Position numbers and translations under genes: made by a program. From NCBI GenBank assembly GCA_017481725.1, contig JAFUOX010000098.1, positions 43,168 through 107,167 of the forward strand: a DNA stretch of 64,000 nt, written 5' to 3'. Below the pieces are notes generated by a model. It was not told the DNA's origin and made no database searches. It was given only the letters and a program-made list of their open reading frames with translations. Shown here one piece after another: positions 44,974-53,563 of this stretch; position 1 is the first letter of the stretch, and each line of letters begins with the position of its first letter. The DNA is from Kiritimatiellia bacterium. GTDB lineage: Bacteria; Verrucomicrobiota; Kiritimatiellia; RFP12; UBA3636.

Positions 44974-44975
44974 AG

Positions 44976-45065
44976 ATTTTTTTACGTTTACAACGGTCTT
45001 AATTCTATAAAAACCCTTTATTTTTTTTCAACCCTTAAATCGTGCATTTAATTTTACAGAAAACA
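44976..45065 (+). repeat. 90-bp direct repeat, copy 2
   Basis: Identical to 43613-43702. Confidence 0.9.
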
Positions 45066-45304
45066 CTAGATATGAGCTTCACAATGGCAAAATAAATAAA
45101 CGCAAATTTATAACGTTTACGAATAGTGCATGAAATTATCTTTTAGGTCTTTTTTTGAAAGGCCTACGAATAAGTTTCATGCATTTCTTTTTTTCTGTGA
45201 AAATGATTTGGAAGGATTAATTCTAGAAAAATGCTCTATGTAGCTTTGTAAAAAGAGTTACACAAGAAAGAGCAAATCAGAATGTGTATAACACCGGTTT
45301 GTGG
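45066..45304 (+). pseudogene. Decayed copy of the GH3 3' end / intergenic hairpin / GH27 5' region (paralog of 41977-42440)
   Basis: 45066-45095 encodes LDMSFTMAK*, the same peptide as the GH3 C-terminus, with 3 synonymous differences. A homologous gtgcatgaaa...tttcatgc hairpin follows. The GH27-like start region carries stops. 45227-45304 encodes KNALCSFVKRVTQERANQNVYNTGLW, against KNALGESVKRITLEIANQNVLVTPLMG at 42361. About 228 bp are missing relative to the intact copy. Confidence 0.8.
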
Positions 45305-46786
45305 TTATAAGGCGGCTGCCTTTAGTTCTTCAATATCATCGAAGTGCTCTGTATGGTCAGCAAAGATTTGATAGTCTTCATGACCTTTACCAGCAATGAG
45401 AACAACATCACCAGGTTGATTTGCTGTTTTTACTGCATATGCAATAGCTTCACGGCGGTCCTCAATAATGGACACCTCTGGAGCATCAGATGGAGGCTGC
45501 TCGCCAACTCCTGTGCCAGGAATGCCCTCTAAAATATCTTCAATGATGGCACTAGGCTGCTCGCTACGCGGATTATCGGAGGTTATGATCAAATAATCTG
45601 CATTATTAAAAGCAGCTTTACCCATTAAAGGACGCTTTCGTCTATCACGATCACCGCCAGCACCAAAAACAATAAATAAGCGACCATCGGTAATCTCGCG
45701 CAAGGTACGCAGCACATTTTCTATTGCATCTGGAGTATGCGCATAATCAACGTAGAAATTTGCTTTAGAGCTATCAAGCTTTACATGCTCCAATCTCCCT
45801 CTTACAGGTTTTTCTTGCTGAATTGCTTTGATTGCTATTGATAAATCAATACCAGCATTTAAGGCAAGTCCAATTGCTGCGAGAGCATTGTAAATGTTGT
45901 GGCGTCCTAGAAGCATTAAAGCCACATTGTGAGATTGGTTTTTGTATGTGATAGTGAAATTTGTTGTTTCTGCAGTAAGCTTGGCATCTGAGAAGCAAAG
46001 ATCAGCGGTTTCTGCTGCACCATATGTTAATACTGTGCCACCAAATTGCTTAATTTGATTTGCAAGGCGTTGTCCAAACTTACAATCGATATTTACAACG
46101 GCAGGAGCTTGAGGAGGAAGGAATAATAATGACTTTGCTTTAAAGTATTCCTCCATTGTTTTGTGATAATCAAGATGATCTTGTGTTAAATTAGTGAATG
46201 CAACACCTTCAAATTTTGTGCCGTAGCAACGCTTTTGAATAAGAGCATGAGAGGAAACCTCCATAACACATGCAGAGCATCCATTTCCATGCATAATGGA
46301 AAGACTATCCTGGAGCTCTATTGGACCAGGTGTTGTGTTGCTTGCTGGAAGTAGGGTAGATGTGCTGTTTAGAGCCTCTGTCATCGCTTCTCGCTTAAGT
46401 GGATAGAGTGAGTTTCCTATTGTGCTCAATAATCCACATGGATAATTTGCAAATGTTAAGATAGCCCGAAGCAAATTTGCAGTTGTGGTTTTACCATTTG
46501 TACCTGTAATTGCAAATACCTTTAGCTTGTGCGATGGATTATCTGCTTGTGCACAGGCACGACGTGCTAATTCAAATCTAGCATCACGAACCTTTGTCCA
46601 TTTGATGTTTTCAGGAATATCAGATGGGCGATTTAGTTCACTAATTATTTCTCTAGCACCAGCAGCAATTGCAGCTGGTATATAGGCATTGCCATTTTGC
46701 ATTTCTCCAGAGATGGCTGCAAATGTGTCGCCTAATCTAATCTTACGAGAATCGCATTCTGTTCGTGGAAAATTAATATTATTCAT
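45305..46786 (-). CDS. murE: UDP-N-acetylmuramoyl-L-alanyl-D-glutamate--2,6-diaminopimelate ligase
   Basis: Motifs GTNGKTTT and TSDNPRSE are present. It sits in the dcw position after ftsI. Confidence 0.9.
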   Translation of the reverse strand: MNNINFPRTECDSRKIRLGDTFAAISGEMQNGNAYIPAAIAAGAREIISELNRPSDIPENIKWTKVRDARFELARRACAQADNPSHKLKVFAITGTNGKTTTANLLRAILTFANYPCGLLSTIGNSLYPLKREAMTEALNSTSTLLPASNTTPGPIELQDSLSIMHGNGCSACVMEVSSHALIQKRCYGTKFEGVAFTNLTQDHLDYHKTMEEYFKAKSLLFLPPQAPAVVNIDCKFGQRLANQIKQFGGTVLTYGAAETADLCFSDAKLTAETTNFTITYKNQSHNVALMLLGRHNIYNALAAIGLALNAGIDLSIAIKAIQQEKPVRGRLEHVKLDSSKANFYVDYAHTPDAIENVLRTLREITDGRLFIVFGAGGDRDRRKRPLMGKAAFNNADYLIITSDNPRSEQPSAIIEDILEGIPGTGVGEQPPSDAPEVSIIEDRREAIAYAVKTANQPGDVVLIAGKGHEDYQIFADHTEHFDDIEELKAAAL

Positions 46787-46799
46787 TTTTATAACTAAA

Positions 46800-48542
46800 T
46801 TATTTGTTTATATCGATATAATCGCGTAAATTCTTTATGCCGTCATCGTTTGTTGGGATATTTAGGTAGTCGGCAATTTTTCTGCCGATTTCAGCAAAAA
46901 TAGGTGCAGCAACAGTTCCTCCATGATACAAAGGCTTAGGAGAATCTATACCAACAAGAATTGTTACCTCTGGGTTTTCTGCTGGGAAGAATCCCACAAA
47001 TGAGCCTGTATAGTCTGTTTGAGAGTATCCACCCTTAATTGCTTTTTGTGCAGTACCTGTTTTTCCAGCAACATTGTAGCCAGCAATTCGTGCTCTACGA
47101 CCAGTTCCTTGAGTTGTTACCCCAACTAAAAGCTGAGCCATTGTATCTGCTGCCTCCTCGCTAATAACTCTTCCAACAACCTTTGGTTCATTCTTTAAAA
47201 TCACGTCACCATTTGGTGCATGTATTTCACGGATGAGATATGGTTTCATGCGCACACCACCATTGGCAATAGTGCTATACATACCAATCATTTGTATAGG
47301 AGTTACAGAAATGCCTTGTCCAATAGCAATACGAATATGCTGAAGGTCAGACCATTTATTGTGTGGAGTAAGAATTCCTTTCTCCTCGCCAATTTTTACT
47401 ATGCCAGTTTTTTCACCAAAACCAAATGCTTTGATGTATTGCTCTGTGCGTTGCTTGGTGGTTGCCAATGCAATCATTGAAGAAACACGATTACTTGATT
47501 TTGCAAGTGCAGAAGCAAAGGTCTCCTCTGAATTTACGTGGTCAGACAATGTTCTGCCACAAAATAGGCGTGGTCTACAATCAAATACCTTATTGGTTGC
47601 ATATCCTAAATCTTGCAAGCCCAAAGAGAAAATCATTGCCTTCATAATTGAACCAGGCTCATGATTTACACTTATGGCATTGTTTCTCCACAGCTCCTCA
47701 TCCTCATTGCCGTAGTTTTCACGAGTAAAGGTTGGATATGATGCCATTGCAAGAATTTCTCCAGTATATGGGCGCTGTACAATGACCCAGCCACGTAGAG
47801 CGTTGTTGGTTGCCATAGCAGTAGCAAGAGCATCTTCTGCACATTTTTGTATGTATGTGCTTATAGTTAAATAGATGTCATTTCCATTAACAGGGGCTTG
47901 CTCTTTAGCGCGATATGAGCGCAGCTCGCGGTGTCTAGCATCTGCAATGCCAAGCACATATCCATTCGTTCCCTCTAAATATTTGTTATATTCATATTCT
48001 AGACCAAAAATTGCTTCTCCGTGGGAATTAACAACACCCAATACTGGATTTAAAAAATTATTCATTGGGTATGTGCGTACATTAGAATTTTCAAATCCAA
48101 TGCATTTGCGTGTAACGCTGTTTGTTCTTAGATGCTCAACAAAATCGCGATTTGTTGTTTTCCCCAGAACATAATACTTTGTTTTGCGACTTTTTTTTAA
48201 TCCAATTTTAATGCGCTCCTCAGGCAACTCGTTCCACTCAGATAATACATTGAAAAGAGTCGCATCATTTGTTGAAATCATAGATGGATCTAGAAAAACA
48301 TTCCATTGAGGTGCAGAGGTTGCAAGAACAGTAGGGAAATTTAGATTTCTATCTAAAATATTTCCTCTAACAGCATAAAGAGTGTTTGAATACACCTGAG
48401 GCTCATAAGCATATTTGCTTGATTTTAAATTAATGCCTAATTGTGTTCTAACTAAATCACAGACAATTACTCCGTAAAATAGAAGGCCGGCAATAAAAAC
48501 GAAAATTATCCAGCGCTTTTGATTTGTAGATTTTTTGCTCAT
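46800..48542 (-). CDS. ftsI: Penicillin-binding protein (FtsI/PBP3-type transpeptidase)
   Basis: It has an N-terminal TM segment, SxxK (GSIMKAM) and KTGT (GKTGTAQ). Confidence 0.9.
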   Translation of the reverse strand: MSKKSTNQKRWIIFVFIAGLLFYGVIVCDLVRTQLGINLKSSKYAYEPQVYSNTLYAVRGNILDRNLNFPTVLATSAPQWNVFLDPSMISTNDATLFNVLSEWNELPEERIKIGLKKSRKTKYYVLGKTTNRDFVEHLRTNSVTRKCIGFENSNVRTYPMNNFLNPVLGVVNSHGEAIFGLEYEYNKYLEGTNGYVLGIADARHRELRSYRAKEQAPVNGNDIYLTISTYIQKCAEDALATAMATNNALRGWVIVQRPYTGEILAMASYPTFTRENYGNEDEELWRNNAISVNHEPGSIMKAMIFSLGLQDLGYATNKVFDCRPRLFCGRTLSDHVNSEETFASALAKSSNRVSSMIALATTKQRTEQYIKAFGFGEKTGIVKIGEEKGILTPHNKWSDLQHIRIAIGQGISVTPIQMIGMYSTIANGGVRMKPYLIREIHAPNGDVILKNEPKVVGRVISEEAADTMAQLLVGVTTQGTGRRARIAGYNVAGKTGTAQKAIKGGYSQTDYTGSFVGFFPAENPEVTILVGIDSPKPLYHGGTVAAPIFAEIGRKIADYLNIPTNDDGIKNLRDYIDINK

Positions 48543-48569
48543 AGTTGTATATTGTAAGAGGGTGTCTTG

Positions 48570-48596
48570 AAAAAAAAAGGTGCGGAGACCGCACCT
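48570..48596 (-). terminator. Intrinsic terminator-like hairpin between ftsL and ftsI
   Basis: The minus strand reads AGGTGCGG-tct-CCGCACCT followed by nine T. It ends 28 nt upstream of the ftsI start. Confidence 0.6.
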
Positions 48597-48659
48597 ATAA
48601 CAAATGAAAATAGAGGAAACATTAAATGTTTGGACGATGCGTTAGAAAGGAATAATTTT

Positions 48660-49037
48660 TTAGTTATAATAGGCAACCACTTGATTGTCTTTTTGTTCTG
48701 GTGCCTTATTTTTATCTAGAAATTCTAAATGACATTGGCTTTGACGCGCATTAATCATATTTACACCATGGGTTTTAAGTGCAACCTTAATGGCATCGAT
48801 AGTTTGTTTAGAATCTAGCTTTACGCGCTCAGTCTGTAAGATGCTTTTTAATTGAGCATATTCAGTTTCTGCTTCCTTAATCTTGTTTGTTAGAGAATTA
48901 TTTCCATGACGGACGATAAGACCTCCACCAAAGCAAAATACTAGGCAGATAAAAATAAGAGCAACTTTTGTTGAAACAATACAAACATCAAGCTTTTTAG
49001 TGCTGTGTCTATTTTTGTTTTTTTTCGTTTTAGCCAT
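48660..49037 (-). CDS. ftsL: Cell division protein FtsL-like (single TM plus coiled coil)
   Basis: It sits between rsmH and ftsI. It has a basic N-terminus, one TM segment (VALIFICLVFCFGGGLIV) and a short coiled-coil-like tail. Confidence 0.55.
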   Translation of the reverse strand: MAKTKKNKNRHSTKKLDVCIVSTKVALIFICLVFCFGGGLIVRHGNNSLTNKIKEAETEYAQLKSILQTERVKLDSKQTIDAIKVALKTHGVNMINARQSQCHLEFLDKNKAPEQKDNQVVAYYN

Positions 49038-49062
49038 CTGGTTTCCCCTATAAAATCGTATA

Positions 49063-50001
49063 TTATAAATTGTCTATTCTTTCCACAATTCGTAGCTTTG
49101 CAGAACGGGCACGTGGATTATTTACCAGTTCTTCTTCGCTCGCAATAATTGGATGCTTGTTTACTCGCTTAATAGCAGGCAGGGTGCCAATCCATTTTGA
49201 TCCTCCCTGTTGCAGGGATTCCCAGCGACCCTCGTGCTCTGCAAGTGTTTTTTTTACAACTCTATCCTCTATGCTATGAAAGCTAATTACTGCAAGTCTT
49301 CCGCCTGGCTTCAAAAGCGAGATGGCGGCCTCTATTCCTTTTTTGACTTCTTGCAATTCGGAATTAATTGCAATGCGGATTGCCTGAAAGGTTTTTGTGG
49401 CAGGGTGGCGTGGTGCACCTTTACGACCACCCACAGCCTTTTCAACAATATCAGCTAGCTGGAGAGTTGTTTTGATTGGAGATGTGTGCTGTGCATTTAT
49501 AATTGCTCGAGCAATTTTTGATGCTTGCTTTTCTTCACCATAATCAAATAACACAGATGCTAGAGCCTTCCAGTCATCATTAAAGGAAGCGAGATATTCA
49601 GCAGCAGTAATTCCCGAAGAATTATCCATCCTCATATCAAGCGGTGCATCACCCATAAAGCTGAAGCCACGTTCGCGTTCATCAAGCTGGAAAGAAGAAA
49701 CTCCTAAATCCAACATGATTCCGTCAACCTGATCAAAGCCTGCTTTTGGAGCAACTTTTCCCATTTCAGAAAATGGTGTATGAATAATGCTTACTCGATC
49801 GCCAAATTCTTTAAGTGCAGCAGTACAGCGCTCTATTGCAGCAGGGTCTCTATCAAGCCCAAGCAGCTTTGATGCTCCTCCTGCTCGCTTGAGAAGCTCT
49901 GTGGAATGCCCCGCGCCGCCTAGTGTGCCGTCAATATATTTGGCATCGGCAGCTGGGAGTAGCCCATCTACTGTCTCGTTTAGCAATACAGGAATATGCA
50001 T
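49063..50001 (-). CDS. rsmH: 16S rRNA (cytosine1402-N4)-methyltransferase
   Basis: Motifs HIPVLLNE, DGTLGGAGHS and DLGVSSFQLD are present. Confidence 0.95.
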   Translation of the reverse strand: MHIPVLLNETVDGLLPAADAKYIDGTLGGAGHSTELLKRAGGASKLLGLDRDPAAIERCTAALKEFGDRVSIIHTPFSEMGKVAPKAGFDQVDGIMLDLGVSSFQLDERERGFSFMGDAPLDMRMDNSSGITAAEYLASFNDDWKALASVLFDYGEEKQASKIARAIINAQHTSPIKTTLQLADIVEKAVGGRKGAPRHPATKTFQAIRIAINSELQEVKKGIEAAISLLKPGGRLAVISFHSIEDRVVKKTLAEHEGRWESLQQGGSKWIGTLPAIKRVNKHPIIASEEELVNNPRARSAKLRIVERIDNL

Positions 50002-50033
50002 TTTTTGCAGCTCCTTTTTTGTTTTTGGCTAAA

Positions 50034-50534
50034 TTAGAAGCCCAATTCTTGTGCTTCGGATGCCAATAACTCAAGTATGTCTGCTTCAGAACCATCAAGC
50101 TTAGGACGATTAGCCAATGACCAAACCTCAAAGTGATAGCCTGTACCGATTAGAACAACCTCATCCTTGATACCAATGTATGCTAGGAGAGAGTCCTTCA
50201 CACGAATGCGATTTTGTGTATCCACAGTAACACAGCTAATTAATTCACCAATTCTGCTGGTAAATTTGGAATTATTTGTGTCTGAAAGTGCTTTATTACG
50301 AAATGCTTCCATGCGCTTATCGAATTCAGCAGGACAAAATACATCAAGACAACGTTCACGTGAAAGAGAAGGCATAACATAGACCTGTGCTGGCCTACAC
50401 ATCCTTTCATACCAATCACTTGGAATAGTGAAACGTCGCTTAGGATCTAAGCGATGATCGGCTCTTCCAAGAATAGGCTGAACCTCTATGTTTTTTTTGT
50501 TATTTTCTTCTAAATTTGTGTCTGTTGCTGACAT
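50034..50534 (-). CDS. mraZ: Transcriptional regulator MraZ
   Basis: Two DxxxR repeats are present (LDPKRRFTIP and VDTQNRIRV). The ATG at 50534 with AGGGAA upstream is preferred over the track start at 50564. Confidence 0.85.
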   Translation of the reverse strand: MSATDTNLEENNKKNIEVQPILGRADHRLDPKRRFTIPSDWYERMCRPAQVYVMPSLSRERCLDVFCPAEFDKRMEAFRNKALSDTNNSKFTSRIGELISCVTVDTQNRIRVKDSLLAYIGIKDEVVLIGTGYHFEVWSLANRPKLDGSEADILELLASEAQELGF

Positions 50535-50654
50535 TTCGTTCCCTTTGTTGACACTATTAAACACTTTGTGACACCAAAAGTAAAGAGAAAAAACACAAAA
50601 AAAGGCTTTTTTTTATATTTTTTTATGGTTTTAGAAGTAAAACGAGTAGAATAA

Positions 50655-50686
50655 ACAAAAAAAGAGGGCAAATGCCTCTTTTTTTC
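50655..50686. terminator. Bidirectional terminator-like hairpin between the GT operon and the mraZ promoter region
   Basis: The structure is aaaaaa-AGAGG-gcaaatg-CCTCT-tttttt. Confidence 0.55.
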
Positions 50687-50752
50687 TAAATCTGGCAGAT
50701 TAAATCAAAAAATATTTAAACTGCAGAATATAAATGAGTTAATGGTTTTGGA

Positions 50753-51898
50753 TTATGCGAGTAAATAATCCTTTGTTTCTTGAGCAGCTTTTTCCCAATT
50801 AAACTTCATCGCTTGCTCTATTCCGCGCTTGCTCATTTCTGTGCAAGCCTCTGGATAAGAAAGAGTTTCTACAATTGCCTCTGTTAGTGCTTCTAGGTTG
50901 CTTGTAGGTACTACACGGCAAGCTTCTCCGGCAACCTCTGGTAGCGACCCGCCATCAGTGCATATTACTGGTAATCCAATGCGCATTGCCTCCACTACAG
51001 GAAGCCCAAACCCCTCGTAAATAGAAGGATGCACTAATACGTCACTATCTGCATATAATTTGCAAAGAGCTTCGTCAGATATAAACCCTGTAAATTCTGT
51101 GTGAATGTAGAAACTCTGTGCTGCCACATCCCTTGCTTCTGGATAACGCTCGTCCTCTGGTCCAGCAATTACAACCTTAATAGGGAAAGGGAGCTGTTTT
51201 TTTGCTTCGTTTGCAGCTTCAATAAGTAGTGGCACATTCTTGTATGGGTCTAATCTTCCCACATAAAGTAATTGGCGAACTCTTTTTGTGTCCGTTAAAT
51301 CATTAATAACAGCCTCGTGCATAATCGGTTTGGCGGTGCGTTCTGGCACACCGATGTAAACAGTATTAATTTTCTTTGCATCAGTGTCAGAAGGTTTTAC
51401 CTGCTCAATTATATCGCATTTAGTTGAATTGCTATCAACAAGGATGTGCTTGGAAAGCTTTACAGTCAATCCAATACAATATTTGTAGAGCTTGAGCATG
51501 CGGCTTGTTTTTGAATCTGGTGCATAATCAGTAACAATCAATGGAATAATATCGTGAATTGTTGTAACACATTTCGTTTTGCTCTTAAATGGACCAGTAA
51601 ATGCAAAATAAGGAATAAGATAATTTGGAGAGAAATATATGTCTGCCTTGAGCTTTTTTATTATGCGTGGCATAAATAATTGGCTTTTAATAGATGTAGG
51701 CTTGTGCTTCACTATGCAGCATTCAATGTTTTGTGGCAAAGTGGGAAGTGTGCGTTCTGCAATTTCTTTGGATGAAGAAAGAACAATAAAATGAACCTCT
51801 GGCAAAATGCTGGATAATCTACGGATTAGCTCGGTTGAATATACACCTATTCCAGATGGCTTCTCAAAAATCCATCTTGCATCAAAAATTATTCTCAT
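50753..51898 (-). CDS. Glycosyltransferase family 4 (GT-B fold)
   Basis: The C-terminal EX7E-type region reads VHPSIYEGFGLPVVEAMRIGLPVICTDGGSLPEV. The start forms an ATGA overlap with the upstream GT gene. Confidence 0.8.
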   Translation of the reverse strand: MRIIFDARWIFEKPSGIGVYSTELIRRLSSILPEVHFIVLSSSKEIAERTLPTLPQNIECCIVKHKPTSIKSQLFMPRIIKKLKADIYFSPNYLIPYFAFTGPFKSKTKCVTTIHDIIPLIVTDYAPDSKTSRMLKLYKYCIGLTVKLSKHILVDSNSTKCDIIEQVKPSDTDAKKINTVYIGVPERTAKPIMHEAVINDLTDTKRVRQLLYVGRLDPYKNVPLLIEAANEAKKQLPFPIKVVIAGPEDERYPEARDVAAQSFYIHTEFTGFISDEALCKLYADSDVLVHPSIYEGFGLPVVEAMRIGLPVICTDGGSLPEVAGEACRVVPTSNLEALTEAIVETLSYPEACTEMSKRGIEQAMKFNWEKAAQETKDYLLA

Positions 51899-53022
51899 AT
51901 CGATAGCACCTTTTTGTATAACTCAAGTGTGTCGGCAACAGTTTTATCCCAAGTGAAATTCTTAACATGTGAGATGCCTTTGTTTATTAGGCTTTCTCGT
52001 AAATGAGTGTCGGATATTACTCTTGTTAAAGCATCTGACCATGCATCTGGATTGTAGTCGGAAACAATGATTCCTGCATCTGCAATAACCTCTTGCAAGG
52101 AGCCACCTGGAGCAGATACAACTGGCGTACCACAAGCCATTGCCTCAAGAGGAGGAAAACCAAAACCTTCGTAATAAGAGGGGAGGGCGAAGGCAGAGGC
52201 TCCTGTGTATAATGCAGGTAAATCTCCATCACCTAGGTGATTTAACACATGAATTTGGGACGCATATTTGCTAGTTGTGAGGCGATTAATAATTTTTTCA
52301 CTCTTCCAACCAATACCACCCACAATAACTAAATCAATTCCTTGTGCAGCAATTTGCTCAAATGCATCTACTAATAAAAGATGGTTTTTTCTTGGCTCAA
52401 TTGTTCCCACTGTGATTATATATGGGCGATCTAGCTTGTATTTTGCTTTAGTTGCTGTAACTAATGCATCTTTAGCAGGTGAAAAGTTTTGTGCAATTCC
52501 TAAATGCGAATAAAAAATCTTGCCTTTAGCTGCTGGGAAGAAATGCTCAATCTCTTCTGCACTAAATTTTGATATAGTTATAATTGCATCGGCAGACTCA
52601 ATTGTCCTTTTTATGCCACGTGTAAGATAAGCCAAATTTTTTTCTTCGGTAAACTCAGGATAACGCATAAAGCTCATATCATGAACTGATGCAATAACCT
52701 TTCCCTTCATCACTGGCCGAGAAAGAAAGTTTGTAAAATGAAAAATGTCTGCCTTGCCAGCGAGCATATCAAAGCTTGGGAATGAGCAGTAATTCCATAG
52801 CTTTTGCATTATTGCTCCAGGACATAGCCTAAAGCGTTTTGTGGTAACATTTGCAGGAAGAGAGGATGGCTGCTCGCCTTTCCCTTTAAAGTCAAAGTAA
52901 AATAATCTTAAAGAATCCTCTGGATTCATAAGAAGTGGAAGCTGTTCTGCAAGCACGCGTGTGTAACGACCAATCCCAGCACGCTGCGTTACTGCAGGCT
53001 GATAATCAAGGCAAATTTTCAT
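51895..53022 (-). CDS. Glycosyltransferase family 4 (GT-B fold)
   Basis: The sequence contains LPSYYEGFGFPPLEAMACGTPVVSAPGGSLQEV. Confidence 0.8.
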   Translation of the reverse strand: MKICLDYQPAVTQRAGIGRYTRVLAEQLPLLMNPEDSLRLFYFDFKGKGEQPSSLPANVTTKRFRLCPGAIMQKLWNYCSFPSFDMLAGKADIFHFTNFLSRPVMKGKVIASVHDMSFMRYPEFTEEKNLAYLTRGIKRTIESADAIITISKFSAEEIEHFFPAAKGKIFYSHLGIAQNFSPAKDALVTATKAKYKLDRPYIITVGTIEPRKNHLLLVDAFEQIAAQGIDLVIVGGIGWKSEKIINRLTTSKYASQIHVLNHLGDGDLPALYTGASAFALPSYYEGFGFPPLEAMACGTPVVSAPGGSLQEVIADAGIIVSDYNPDAWSDALTRVISDTHLRESLINKGISHVKNFTWDKTVADTLELYKKVLSI

Positions 53023-53034
53023 CTGTTAGCTTTT

Positions 53035-53532
53035 TTATTTTGCTTCATCTGCATATGAGACAAGTATCTTTTTTATGATATTTGTTGTTGAAAGACCTTC
53101 AACCATATCAGCAAGAACTACTTTGCCACCATTTGCTTCTACTACATCTCGCCCGCTAACATAGTGAGCCCAATCTTTGCCCTTCACTAGAACATCTGGG
53201 AGTATTTCAGCAATTACGCCTTTAGGCTCTTCATCATCAAAGAAAACCACATAGTCAACGCAACGCAAAGCACAAAGAAGCTTTGCTCTGTTTTCTTGAT
53301 TTACAATAGGACGTAGAGGGCCCTTATTCTTTTGCACAGAAGCATCTGTGTTTAAGGCTAGGCAAAGAGCATCGCCTTGCTCGCGTGCAAAAGTTAAATA
53401 TGTAATGTGCCCAGCATGAAGCAAATCAAAGCAACCATTAGTAAATACAAGCTTTTTACCCTCGGCATGCATTCTATCTCGTTCTGCACGCATTTCAGCG
53501 ATTGATAATACTTTTCCAGAAAAATTGCTCAT
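53035..53532 (-). CDS. D-glycero-beta-D-manno-heptose 1-phosphate adenylyltransferase (HldE C-domain / RfaE2-like)
   Basis: The cytidylyltransferase motif FTNGCFDLLHAGH is present. Length is 165 aa. Confidence 0.85.
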   Translation of the reverse strand: MSNFSGKVLSIAEMRAERDRMHAEGKKLVFTNGCFDLLHAGHITYLTFAREQGDALCLALNTDASVQKNKGPLRPIVNQENRAKLLCALRCVDYVVFFDDEEPKGVIAEILPDVLVKGKDWAHYVSGRDVVEANGGKVVLADMVEGLSTTNIIKKILVSYADEAK

Positions 53533-53563
53533 TTTATATACCTTATAAAGACTTAAGAAAATA

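Noticed and set aside
43613-45065. Calling the repeat-bounded cassette an integrated mobile element (IS, integron cassette, prophage remnant).
   Set aside because: I could recognise no transposase, integrase, attC-like structure or terminal inverted repeats. I report it only as a repeat-bounded cassette.
50565-50660. MraZ operator repeats (spaced GTG-type boxes) upstream of mraZ.
   Set aside because: A few GTG/TGTG motifs are present, but I could not see a convincing regularly spaced triple repeat.
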